Under the pieces are notes generated by a model. That model was not told where the DNA came from and made no database searches. It saw nothing but the letters and a program-made list of their open reading frames with translations. A stretch of 63,514 nt of DNA, counting the filler, from Octopus bimaculoides (Eukaryota): the NCBI RefSeq assembly GCF_001194135.2. It is 6 parts of 5 records of this genome, joined end to end, with 100 filler letters (N's around TTAATTAATTAA, not from the genome) between each part and the next. Parts side by side here need not be neighbours in the genome. Positions count along the whole stretch, not along the records: positions 47,528 to 61,222 come from NC_068981.1; positions 61,323 to 63,514 come from NC_068982.1; 4 more parts are not named here. The stretch is one strand, 5' to 3'. How positions within the stretch are numbered: position 1 is the stretch's first letter; every line of letters begins with the position of its first letter. Position numbers and translations under genes: made by a program. Below are positions 50,913-63,514 of this stretch, piece by piece.

Positions 50913-53044
50913 GAAAAAAGATAGACGGCGTAAGATGAGAGTGAGAAATTAAAACGTTATGAAATTATATTTTGCGAGATTCATATTCAGTTTTACATTA
51001 ACATTTTTATGGAAACTTTGAAATATTGATATATATATATATAGGAGAATGTACGAAAAAAAATGAATAGTCACTGGTCAACGATNNNNNNNNNNNNNNN
51101 NNNNNNNNNNNNNNNNNNNNNNNNNNNNNNNNNNNNNNNNNNNNNNNNNNNNNNNNNNNNNNNNNNNNNNNNNNNNNNNNNNNNNNNNNNNNNNNNNNNN
51201 NNNNNNNNNNNNNNNNNNNNNNNNNNNNNNNNNNNNNNNNNNNNNNNNNNNNNNNNNNNNNNNNNNNNNNNNNNNNNNNNNNNNNNNNNNNNNNNNNNNN
51301 NNNNNNNNNNGCTAACGATTCTGCCAGCTCGCCGCCTTTCTGAAGTCTAAGATTATTACAGCGTATTTTTTTTAATGAATTGCTGTTCTTTAAGCCCAAG
51401 TCGGCTCTAATCGAGAAATTCTACAATGAAAGTCATCTGAACCATGGTTAAATCATTTCCTACGTTTATTCTCTTCAATATTGCATTCAGGCTAAGGCGG
51501 CGAGCTGGCAGAATCGTTAGCACGCCGGGCGAAATGCTTTGCGGTATTTCGTCTGTCTTTACGTTCTGAATTCAAATTCCGCCGAGGTCGACTTTGCTTT
51601 TCATCCTTTCGGGGTCGATAATTAAATACCAGTTGCGTATTGGGGTCGATCTAATTGATTGCCCCCCCTCCCCCAAAATTTCGGGTCCTGTGCCTAGAGT
51701 AGAAAAGAATATTGTATTCGGAGTACATTTTCTAATTCGTCAGATTTAATTTAACAGTAAACTGTAATATGAAGAGAATTTGAATGCTATTTCTTGCCTG
51801 TTGAGTGACCAGATAGCGGCTCCTTCCTTGGTTCATTTTCATCAAATCTTAAAGCTGATGTAAACACTAAGATAATTTTTACATTTAAAAAATGAACCAT
51901 TATATTTTATAAAGAAAAGAGTTGTATAAGACGTATTACATTCGGTCTTCTTTCATGAAGAATTCCTCTTAGATTCCACTACAATTTCTTAGTCTTATAT
52001 TCATGCTGTGAATACGGCAATCACGACAGCGGGAAACGTAGGAATTTTTGTCCAGTGTCATTGATAGCTTTTCAAACATGTTAAGCTTGCGAGAAATCAC
52101 ATTGCAACCATTATTCAACTGACTCTTCCGGTATGAATTTAATGTCAAGATTACTGTTTTATTTGTTTACTGTGGACTTCTTATTTTTATCGTCCCGTTA
52201 TGCGCAATCGTTAAATAATTGCTTGTTGTTTTCTACTGAGGCAAAAGTAAAAATAAACAAGAGGAAAAAAAATGGATTTTGGGAGAATTTGCATTGTGAT
52301 AAGTAAATAGGCCTAGTCAAGAAGTTGCATTTGCATAACTGCAACTACATTCTTACATTTATGTTTGTGTATATATATATATGTGTGTACACACACAATT
52401 AGACACATATTTACTCAGAAATACAAACACAAAAACACACTCACTTACATACCCATGTACACACGGAGACGTAAGGTAACCATTCTCAACATTCTATTTT
52501 CTCAGACACAGTGATGAGTAGAGTTATGTCGTAAAGTGTATCATCACAGGAAAATTTTTAGGAGTGGCTGTGTAGTAAGTATCTTGCTTACCAACCACAT
52601 GGTTCCGGGTTCAGTCACACTGCGTGGCACCTTGGGCAAGTGTTTCCTACTATAGCCTCGGGCCGACCAAAGCCTTGTGAGTGGATTTGGTAGACGGAAA
52701 CTGAAAGAAGCCCGTCGTATATATGTATATGTATGTATATATGTGTGTTTGTATGTCTGTGTTTGTTCCCCCCAACATCGCTTAACAACCGATGCTGGTG
52801 TGTTTACGTCCCCGTAACTTAGCGGTTCAGCAAAAGAGACCGATAGAATAAGTACTAAGTTTACAAAGAATAAGTCCTTGGATCGCTTTGCTCGACTAAA
52901 GGCGGTGCTCCAGCATGGCTGCAGTCAAATTACTGAAACAAGTAAAACAGTAAAAGAGTAAAGTGTAACAGAAAATAGTCCCGTTTCCCGACACAATTAG
53001 AACAGACACTAGACAGACACTTGCAATTCATATATATATATGAA

Positions 53045-53605
53045 ACACGGCGGCTTCTTCTGTGATGGTCTGGGGAGCAATTTAGAGCAATTTGGAGCAA
53101 TGGTCAATCAGAGCTGGTGGAGTGTGAGGGAAACAGAAACTCAGATAAATATGTATCCATATTACAGAAAGGACTCCTTCTAATCTTTTCCAGTGATTAA
53201 AGGAAACTTTTTATTTGTTACATGGCTAAAAATAACCAAGATTGGTTTGAAGAACATGATATTTAAAAGCTTCTATGGTCAAGCCAGTCACTAGATACGA
53301 AACCTATTGAACATCTCTGGGGCATAATGGACAGGACAATTCGTAAAAAGAAGAAGAAAGCATCCTCAAAGTCAGATCTTTTGAGATTACTGCATGAAAC
53401 TTGGCAAGAAATTCCTCAAGAGAATATTCGTTATCTGATCAGTAACATGTCTAATAGGGTCCTTGCATTGAAAAATGCAATGGGCATGTCTACTAAATAT
53501 TAAATATTCACATTATAATGGTAAATAATTTGAATGTATAGTTTCAGATTTAAATAAATTTTAACGATAAGGGTGTCTATTCACTTCTGTCATATCTGCA
53601 TGTAT
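53045..53605 (+). mobile_element. Tc1-like 3' fragment, same family as 15418-16860
   Basis: Reverse-complement similarity to 15690-16260, ending ...gggtgtctattcacttctgtcat. Confidence 0.8.
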
Positions 53606-53739
53606 ATATTAGAGTACTCAATAGTAGAGATTAATAACATTTTTATTTTGGTCATCTCAATTCCTTGTACCTCAAGAGCTTCGCCGGTGTACTCATAGGG
53701 TCATCAGGCAAGTTATGTGTGCGCGCGTAAACACATACA

Positions 53740-53826
<87 letters not shown>

Positions 53827-55733
53827 CACATGGATACCTTTGCATATATAATAATAAGCAGAAAGGGGTCGCGTCTAGACCTGTCCACTAACTCCTCACT
53901 GAATCAATATCGCGCTCACCAATTTTCCTGTCAACAAACGTTTTACGCTTACAACCTACTAACAATGACATGTTTATATGCAAAGCTCTAAAATATATCC
54001 TCTTAAAATAATTTAATGTTTTATTTAACACAAAATGAATGCATATGGATAGTGTTGCACTCTTGTTTCATTTATCGGGCTGTAGCCATGTTGTGGTACC
54101 ATTTTGAAGAACTTTTGTCGATCAAATCGATATCCCAGTATTTAAATATTTCTAAGTCTGGTATTTATTTTACCGATCACTAATTATTTAACTATTAAAT
54201 TAAACAGATGCAACGTTTCTCGAGCAGCGAAAGTGGATTTAGCGAATGGTTCTCAGAGAGACAGGATTGAAGTTCAAATGTATTTTGCTACTATATTTCT
54301 TTTTAGTTTCTTTGCGAGTTTCTTTTACTGTTAACTTCGTGGTTAGGAAGACGATTCAGAGACATTGAACAAATGTCAGGCAATGAACAACAATAGTAAA
54401 AAAAGCAGGGACATTGAATAATTTAATAATATTGTTTAATAATAACGTCGAAGTTGAAAATCCTTTCATAGTACAACAACGATAGGTGAAGTAGGACTAC
54501 ATATAAGCTTGAATAACCCAATGAAAAAGATATACGGAACTGAAAATGTTATGGTCAAATTGCAAAGCAAAACTATGAAGAGAGTAGAGTAAACCATCTC
54601 TATAGATTTTATATAGCTTCTAATATAGATGGTTGGTGTTGTATACGACTTAGTATTGAAGAGATGGTATAGGAAACCAACGCAGAATTCTCCACAGAGT
54701 ATTTCTACATAAAATATTGACAAAATAATATTGAGTGTATTGAAAACTGTTAATGGATTCAAAGGCAGTGAATATTTTATGATCAGTGAAAAAATTCACT
54801 CCAAAGGTACACGAATGAACAAGGGACATTCTACGCTGCTAGAAAGAGTAGCCAATTTTATCTAGTTTAAAAAAAATGACATTAAATATAATGTCTAAAT
54901 AAAGGTGGTTTGAATGCGCTTCATCGCATAAAACATAAGCAATAGCAATAAAAATCGAGCACAATTGCGTATTTCTGAATGTTTACTTGATTTAAGATGT
55001 AAAAGCTTAGAACTTCAACAAAGAAATAGAGAAAACTTGGACTCTTTCCAAATAAGTATTTTAGTAACGTTTTATGTGAGATGAGACAGATCAAAAGCAA
55101 CTAAGTTATTTGATATATGTTTGTTCAACCCACAGTATCATCCATTATCATGGAAATATTCAGGTTGTTGCCTAACACAAGGTCAACCCTGATCAAGTAG
55201 ATCTACGACGAAAATTATCCTAGCTTTGACCATCCCGTCATTTTGCTTTTCCTTATTGCTAAATGTTTCGTTCTTGTTTTAAGATAGGATGTGACTTGAG
55301 GTAATTCGGTTGATATTTCTAGTAGAAATAGCGACTGTGTAGAAGCTCCCTTGTTTGCTAAGAAGGGCAGCGAGCTGGCAGAATCGTTACCGCACCGAGC
55401 AAAAGGTTTAGCGGCATTTCGTCCGTCTTTACGTTCTGAGTTCGAATTCCACCAACCGAAGTCGACTTTGCCTTTCATCTTTTCGGGGTCGATAAAATAG
55501 TACCAGTTGAGTATTGGGTCGAGGTAATAGACCATTCCCTTTACCAAAATTTTCAGGCCTTGTGCCTATAGTAAAAAGGATTATTTAGTCTAAGAAGGCG
55601 ATGAGCTGGCAGAATCCTTGGTGCATCGGATAAAATGCCTTGTGGTATTTCTTCCACCACTTAACGTTCTGTGCTCAAATCCCGCCGAGGCTGACTGTTT
55701 TTTTAATCCTTTTGTGGTTCATAAAATAACTAC

Positions 55734-57012
55734 CAGTTGAGCACAGGGGCTGATGTAATCGACTTGTTCCTTTTATATAAAATCACTGGCCGAGTGCCAA
55801 AATTTGAAACCGTTATTAGGTTCCAAGAAAGAAAGTCAGTAACTGTGACTCCTGTGAGTCGTTATAGACTAATGAAGAGACAACGGTTTATAATGACCAC
55901 TCGAATCTTTAGTCCTACATTGTCTATAGTAGGAAATAGGCTGTAACGGAATTCAACAATGTTATTGTCATGTTGAAGAAAAATTTGTGGAGGCAATTAG
56001 GGCAATTAGAGGAGAACGGGCATGAATATCGAGTTTGGTTAGACAGGAGTTGTACAGTTTATTATTACTTTAGATGCGGAAAATGCTCCAAAGAAACAGT
56101 TGGAGAGACAGAGGGAGTACACAATGCGTAGATTGGCTAGTGTTTTAGTGTATAGGAAATCGAAATCTGTCTGGTGCCTGTTTTTAGAATGTAATATTGC
56201 GTGGTTGTCTTTGCAAGAACTAGTTTAAAGAATCAATTCGTTAGTGTCAGATGAATGAAAATATGAGAAATGAAAACGATTTGTCAAGAAGGTAAAACAG
56301 AATAATATATACACGTAACCATAAGGAAGGTTTAGAGAAAGTCATTTATGATTCTTTATCAACTACATTAACCCATTACCTACCAGTAATCTCAAATGAG
56401 ATCACTTAAAAATTACAAATTTCGTAATTATCTGTCAATATTTACACATATCTAATCTTTTTGCTATATCTACTAGGTATATTTCTCTGATATTCAAATG
56501 AGGTTTGCTAATTTTTCACCCAATATCTCGCTTATTTCTATTTAAAATGTTATTTTGAAATGTTATTTTGAAATGTTATTTTGAAATGTTATTTTGATCA
56601 TTCCAGCGTCTTTCTAAGGCTGTTTTATGCTAGAAATCAAAGTTTCATAAAAAAAATTCCAGTTAATAGAATTATGGGAGATAATGGGTTAAAACAAGTG
56701 AATTGATATTCATGCCCGTTTTCCTCTCATTGCCCCAAATGATTCCTCAGACCCCAAACAAAATACGTCACAAATTTTTCTTCAACATGACAATAACATT
56801 GTTGAATTCCGTTGCTGCCTATTTCCTACTATAGACAATGTAGGACTAAAGATTTGAGTGGTCGTTATAAACCGTTGTCTATAATGACTCACAGGAGTCA
56901 CAGTTACTGACTTTATTTCTTGGAACCGAATAACGGTTTCAAATTTTGGCACTCGGACAACAATTTTAGGCAAAGGGAACAAGTCAATTACTTCAGCCCC
57001 TGTGCTCAACTG
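55734..57012. repeat. Inverted repeat pair (55734-55989 and 56769-57012) around a ~780-bp spacer containing (TGTTATTTTGAAA)x4
   Basis: The arms are reverse complements over ~250 bp, e.g. gaattcaacaatgttattgtcatgttgaagaaaaatttgtg / cacaaatttttcttcaacatgacaataacattgttgaattc. Confidence 0.9.
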
Positions 57013-58300
57013 TGAATTGAATGTAGCAGCCAGAAATCGAAACCAGGTTAACATGGAGCATCGACATGTTAAAATTTACTTCTTGATTCCTCCAAAATGA
57101 GAGAAAAAAAATATTATTTACTAAGGACGAAGCATGGAGTGCTGGACTAAAGATCCCCGAGAAGTTTAGTTACACCCAGTTCGATAAAATAAGTGCTACA
57201 TAAGGAACTGGGTTTCACCTAAAGCCCCTAATCTTCCTGAATCACATAAAAGAACAAAAAGATATCAATGGATAACTAATCTTCCCCAATCGTCCTTCAG
57301 GAGTGGCTGTGTGGTAAGTAGCTTGCTTACCAACCACATGGTTCTGGGTTCAGTTCCACTGCGTGGCACCTTGGGCAAGTGTCTTCTACTATAGCCTCTG
57401 GCCGACCAAAGCCTTGTGAGTGGATTTGGTAGACGGAAACTGAAAGAAGCCCGTCGTATATATGTGTATATATGTATGTGTTTGTGTGCCTGTGTTTGTC
57501 TCCCGCAACATCGCTTGACAACCGATGGTGGTGTGTTTACGTCCCCGTAACTTAGCGGTTCGACAAAAGAGACCGATGGAATAAGTACTAGGCTTCCTAA
57601 AAATAAGTTCTGGGGTCGATTTGCTCGACTAAAAGGCGGTGCTCCAGCATGGCCGCAGTCNNNNNNNNNNNNNNNNNNNNNNNNNNNNNNNNNNNNNNNN
57701 NNNNNNNNNNNNNNNNNNNNNNNNNNNNNNNNNNNNNNNNNNNNNNNNNNNNNNNNNNNNNNNNNNNNNNNNNNNNNNNNNNNNNNNNNNNNNNNNNNNN
57801 NNNNNNNNNNNNNNNNNNNNNNNNNNNNNNNNNNNNNNNNNNNNNNNNNNNNNNNNNNNNNNNNNNNNNNNNNNNNNNNNNNNNNNNNNNNNNNNNNNNN
57901 NNNNNNNNNNNNNNNNNNNNNNNNNNNNNNNNNNNNNNNNNNNNNNNNNNNNNNNNNNNNNNNNNNNNNNNNNNNNNNNNNNNNNNNNNNNNNNNNNNNN
58001 NNNNNNNNNNNNNNNNNNNNNNNNNNNNNNNNNNNNNNNNNNNNNNNNNNNNNNNNNNNNNNNNNNNNNNNNNNNNNNNNNNNNNNNNNNNNNNNNNNNN
58101 NNNNNNNNNNNNNNNNNNNNNNNNNNNNNNNNNNNNNNNNNNNNNNNNNNNNNNNNNNNNNNNNNNNNNNNNNNNNNNNNNNNNNNNNNNNNNNNNNNNN
58201 NNNNNNNNNNNNNNNNNNNNNNNNNNNNNNNNNNNNNNNNNNNNNNNNNNNNNNNNNNNNNNNNNNNNNNNNNNNNNNNNNNNNNNNNNNNNNNNNNNNN

Positions 58301-58356
<56 letters not shown>

Positions 58357-58530
58357 ACACACTCACAAGAAAATGTTATGAGAGCGGAGTCGGCAGTTAT
58401 CTTATGAGGTTCATTAGCTTACAGCTGTTTCTGCTATAAAACGCAGTGGACTCATAATTGAGTGCCTGAGTAGCACCGTTTAGCTTCTTCAGAGCCTCGA
58501 ATATTAAATGCAATTTATTTGGGAAAAGAG

Positions 58531-58571
<41 letters not shown>

Positions 58572-58662
58572 ATAAAAAGAAACGAGAAAAAACAAGAAAA
58601 AGCGGTGCGAGGACGTGGTGCATCCAAAGTATCATTGATAAGGCTCTCAGGTAAGGAAAGGG

Positions 58663-58699
58663 TGTTTTACGTTTCGAGCAATGCTCTTCTTCAGAAACA
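58663..58699 (-). ncRNA. Minimal type I hammerhead ribozyme (Penelope pLTR type)
   Basis: Minus strand TGTTT-CTGAAGA-A-GAGC-ATT-GCTC-GAAAC-GTA-AAACA. Helix I is a perfect 5 bp; helix III is the loop-less palindrome ACGT. Confidence 0.7.
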
Positions 58700-59207
58700 G
58701 GAGACAAAGGAAAATCCAAGAGAAAAGGAAAACAATAATCCACAATTCACCAACAATCCACATGTAGTTACATTTTAGAATGTATACGCACAGACATAAA
58801 CATTTGTATGTGTGAATGTGTGTATGTATCTACGTATGTATATATATATGTGCGTGCGTGTATGCGTATGTTGGCTCCTCATTGGTAATGCTTTTCGCTC
58901 TTTCTCTCTCTCTCTATAAATATATATTTACACATACATATATTTATATACGTAGATACATACATGCACACAGTCACACACACACATGTGTGTGTGTCTG
59001 TGTGTATACGCACATACCCTTTTTTGTGGACGTATATTAACATTTATATGTATATATATTTACATGTCAGGGTAAATGTATGTACAGACAAGTACACGTG
59101 TGTTCTTAGTCATATAGGTAAGTGATGTTTGCAAATCATAAAACGGAATCTGTTTGACGGTGGAGTGTGTGTATACTTGACTTCAAGAGTCGCTGTCGAC
59201 TTACAAG

Positions 59208-59317
59208 ATGTTACAACTGGAGATCTGCAGGACTATCATCAGATCCTTCAAATGAGAGTATAAACTGTTTATACTCTGAAGAATTTGAAGATAGTTCTGA
59301 TCTCCAGATGAAACATC
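59208..59317. repeat. Imperfect hairpin centred on GAGTATAAAC-T-GTTTATACTC
   Basis: Nested pairs ctggagatc/gatctccag, actatc/gatagt and ttcaaat/atttgaa. Confidence 0.7.
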
Positions 59318-59403
59318 ATGCAATCTGTAACTCTTGAACACACAAGCACACAAACAGATTAAACATTCATATGAGTATATGTATGAGTGTATGTATGAGT
59401 ATA

Positions 59404-59478
<75 letters not shown>

Positions 59479-59683
59479 TGATTTTTAAATGAATTTACAT
59501 GCTCAAACACACTCAAACATGCACTCACATATTTAACATACATGCATATATATGCAAGCATATGCTCACACACATTCTCTCTCTTTCTCTTTCTCTCTCT
59601 TCCTCTCTCTCTCTCTCTCTCTTTCTCTTCTCTGTCTCTCTTTTTCTCTCTCTCTCTCTTTCTCTGTCTCTCTCTTTCTCTTG

Positions 59684-59714
<31 letters not shown>

Positions 59715-59720
59715 TCTCTT

Positions 59721-59756
<36 letters not shown>

Positions 59757-60588
59757 TCTATCTTTCTATCTCTCTCTCTTACTCTCTCTTTCTCTCTCTC
59801 TCTCTTTCTCTCTCTATTTCTCTCTCTCACTCTCTCTCTCTTTCTCTCTCTCTCTCTNNNNNNNNNNNNNNNNNNNNNNNNNNNNNNNNNNNNNNNNNNN
59901 NNNNNNNNNNNNNNNNNNNNNNNNNNNNNNNNNNNNNNNNNNNNNNNNNNNNNNNNNNNNNNNNNNNNNNNNNNNNNNNNNNNNNNNNNNNNNNNNNNNN
60001 NNNNNNNNNNNNNNNNNNNNNNNNNNNNNNNNNNNNNNNNNNNNNNNNNNNNNNNNNNNNNNNNNNNNNNNNNNNNNNNNNNNNNNNNNNNNNNNNNNNN
60101 NNNNNNNNNNNNNNNNNNNNNNNNNNNNNNNNNNNNNNNNNNNNNNNNNNNNNNNNNNNNNNNNNNNNNNNNNNNNNNNNNNNNNNNNNNNNNNNNNNNN
60201 NNNNNNNNNNNNNNNNNNNNNNNNNNNNNNNNNNNNNNNNNNNNNNNNNNTGAACACTATCCACTTACCTCTTCATCTTATCATCGTCATCTTCCCTCCA
60301 ATTCTTGTCTCATCTTCCGCATTCATTTTTTTCTCGCATCCTCCTTCACTCCCCCCCCCATACCTCATACCACGTCTTTCTCTCTTTCGCATTATTTCTC
60401 TAACCCCCCTTTTCTCACTTTCTCTTTCACCCTTTCTCTTTCTTCTTCCTCTCTCTCTCTCTATGTCAGTCTGCTTTAATGTTTCTCTTATCTCACTCTC
60501 ACATACCCGGTCTCTATCATTCTTTTCTCTCTCTCTTTCTCCATTTATTAATATTTTTTCTTCTTCCTGCCTGTCTCATTCCTCTATC

Positions 60589-60630
<42 letters not shown>

Positions 60631-61322
60631 TTTCTTGTGCCCCTCTCTCTCTCTCTATTCCTTCACTTAAGTCAATTCTTCTTTACTCCTACGGCTTCTC
60701 CAACAATGTCTCACAATTCCCCCCCTATCCACCATCATTACACCCACACACCCAATCAACCCCACCACACATGCTAAAGAGTATATGGACCTACACTTCT
60801 GAATACTCTTATACAACAGCATTCCACTTTGCGATCCCCTCTTTTCATGTTTTATTTTCGTCCCTTTTTCTTCCTTCTTTTTATGCTTTCTTTTTTTTTT
60901 CTTTCTTTCTTTCTTTGTCCTTTCTTTTTGTCTTGAATCTTCTATCCTTTATCCCCCCCCCAGCTTTTTTTTCCCACTTTTCTATCGTTTCATTTTCTAC
61001 TTTCTGATTTTTCACCTAATTCTTATTTTTCTTCTTTTTTTATTTCATTTTGTCTTGAAATTGTTTTTCTTTGTCATGTTCTTGTTCTTTCCGTCTCCTC
61101 CTCCATCTCCGTTATTGCCACCACCACCACCACCACCACCATCACCACCACCACCATCACCACCACCACCACCATCATCATCATCTTATCTTTCTCTGAA
61201 AACAATCTATACCCTAACAAAGNNNNNNNNNNNNNNNNNNNNNNNNNNNNNNNNNNNNNNNNNNNNTTAATTAATTAANNNNNNNNNNNNNNNNNNNNNN
61301 NNNNNNNNNNNNNNNNNNNNNN

Positions 61323-61383
<61 letters not shown>

Positions 61384-62359
61384 ATAAAAGAATTCTCAAA
61401 TGCAGGATGACTGTAAAGAGAACATAGAGAATTGAATAAAGACCCTTAGAAGATGAAAAAAAGTGGCTGATTTTCTAATCAGTCTTCAGGGCCATCCTAC
61501 ATTAAATAAAGAATTCCTTAATTTTCTGAAACCGTGATCTCATGATCATGAGTATAACACCTTAGCTTCATATATATAGCTCAAACGAAGAGAAATAATC
61601 CAGAGTAACTTGTGGCATGTATTTCAACAACAAAGAGGACTAAAGGAATATTAAATATAAATATAAATTATTAGGTTTTCGAAACGATTTTTGTTTTCCG
61701 GGAGGGCAGCTTGTTGACAGAATCAACATCAAATGAGAAGGAGATATAATGTCAAGCATCAAGAAATTTTTTAAAATTGACATGTCTTTAAGAAAAAGAT
61801 TCTCTGATTGTCTGTAGACAAGAGGTCACCTGTGACACATGTGCCTGTCTCAATATTCATCTCCAGCACAGTAGTTTCTCTACCTTGTCTCTTGTAGGAC
61901 TATATACTTAGACATGTACAAAAAGAGTAGAATGCATTCATGGTCTTTGCAAAGACTACACGAAACTCAGCTTGCAAAGACTTATTGGGGCAAGTGAAAG
62001 CGAAATTGGGATGGCACCTGTGCCCAGCGTCGCCTTTCTGGCACTTGTGCCCGTGGCATGTGTAAGAACTTTCAAGCGAGATCGTTGCCAGTGCCCCTGG
62101 ATTGGCTCTTGTGTGGGTGGCACATAAAATAAAACATTTGAGCGTGGCCGTTGCCAGTACCACCTGACTGGCCTCGTGCGGGTGGCACGTAAAAGCACCC
62201 ACTACACTCTCAGAGTGGTTGGCGTTAGGAGGGGCATCCAGCTGTAGAAACTCTGCCAAATCAGATTGGAGCCTGGTGTAGCCATCCGGTTTCACCAGTC
62301 CTCAGTCAAATCGTCCAACCCATGCTAGCATGGAAAGCGGACGTTAAACGATGATGATG

Positions 62360-63400
62360 TTTATGGTCTAGGTAATTTACCTAAATAAAGCAAAAAATGA
62401 GGGTAAAAACCAAAGTATATGAAGCAGTCATCAAGGACCAGCTGTTTGCAGATGATGCAGCACTTGCAACACACTTGGAGGTGTAACTGCAATGCTTTGT
62501 GGACAGTTTCACATGAACTTGTGAAAACTTTAGCTTGACCAACAGTCTGAAGAAGACAAAAATCCTGGGCCAAGGTGCTGTGCATTTCCATACCAACACT
62601 ATCAAAAACTGTTGGCTGAAGGAAGTCTTTAAGTTTACATACTTCAGTTCCACCATTATGCATAAACTCTTTCTGGAATCTGAAATCAACTGATATATTG
62701 GAGAAGCATCTTCAACATTAACACATTAACTAGGCTGACAATGAAAGTCAGGCAGAATAATATGATATTGATCGTGAAGGCACACAGTACAAAGATCGAA
62801 ATAGTACACTAAGGTTGCACTGAACAAAGCTTGTATCCTCAGCACACTGCTTTACAGTAGTGAGACCTGAAGTAGCATTTGCTCTAAACAAGAACAGCTT
62901 CTCAATGCCACCCATCTATGCAACCTGAGATGGATTCTAAACATCAGGTGAACTCATCAAGTTACTAACAATGAAGTACTACAACAACCTCTGTTGGATG
63001 AGCCATGTACACTATATGTCATTTGGGATGACCCCCCCCCAAACCTGCTGTATGGTGAACTGGCCTCTGGTGAGAGAACATGAAGATAGCTCCAGCTTCA
63101 TTTCAAAGATGTCAGCAGGTGAGACAAAGTCTTTTTACATGAACATTGAAAAGTGAGAAGACAGTGTAGATGATGACTCCTGTTGGAGACTGGAATTGGA
63201 CAATACTTTAAAAAAATTAGAGGAGAGGCTGATGTTTGTTGATGAAAGTAAACAAAATTGATAAGAAAAACTTTACCAGGACAAGACTTGTGGATAGCAC
63301 CTTTATGTGCAATCACTTCAGTTAGAACTGTCTCTCACATGTGGTCTCTGTGGTCATTGCAGGTGTTGCTCTGTCAACATGATCAAATAAGACTTTGCAG
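62360..63400 (+). mobile_element. Degenerate RTE (BovB-like) LINE RT/3' region
   Basis: VIKDQLFADDAALATH...SLKKTKILGQ, with many stops. Confidence 0.75.
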
Positions 63401-63514
63401 TCACTGATGGACTGCTTGCAAAACTAAAGGATACCTTCAAGATATATGTGTGTTTGTGTGTGCATGTGTGTGTGTGTCTGTATAACATATATACAATATA
63501 TATATATATATATA

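Noticed and set aside
375-60777. Long ORFs in the track made of X, or of LSIY/CVCV/HTHT/SLSL repeats
   Set aside because: They are translations of N-gaps and microsatellites, not genes.

Overview
Eukaryotic, AT-rich, repeat-dense sequence with many gaps. The SINE families and microsatellite load resemble an octopod cephalopod genome (inference, not verified). Five identical 100-bp linkers (44 N + TTAATTAATTAA + 44 N) split the window into six separately assembled segments, so gene adjacency across them is unreliable. Spliced exons of four host genes can be read directly: a phospholipid scramblase (PLSCR family, + strand, 7 exons visible, one probably hidden in a gap, stop at 15153), one CBS2 exon of a ClC-6-like Cl-/H+ exchanger (- strand), one Sec2 coiled-coil exon of Rabin8/RAB3IP (- strand), and three GAE-domain exons of a GGA adaptor (+ strand). 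The rest is decayed transposons (MULE/Phantom-like, mariner, Tc1, hAT MITE, R4/Dong, CR1-like, RTE and Penelope-like retroelements, a solo LTR), several tRNA-derived SINE families, long palindromes and microsatellites. The most notable non-coding signal is a set of sequence-unrelated minimal type I hammerhead ribozyme motifs with palindromic helix III; the best are at 39587-39657, 58663-58699 and 1-60.
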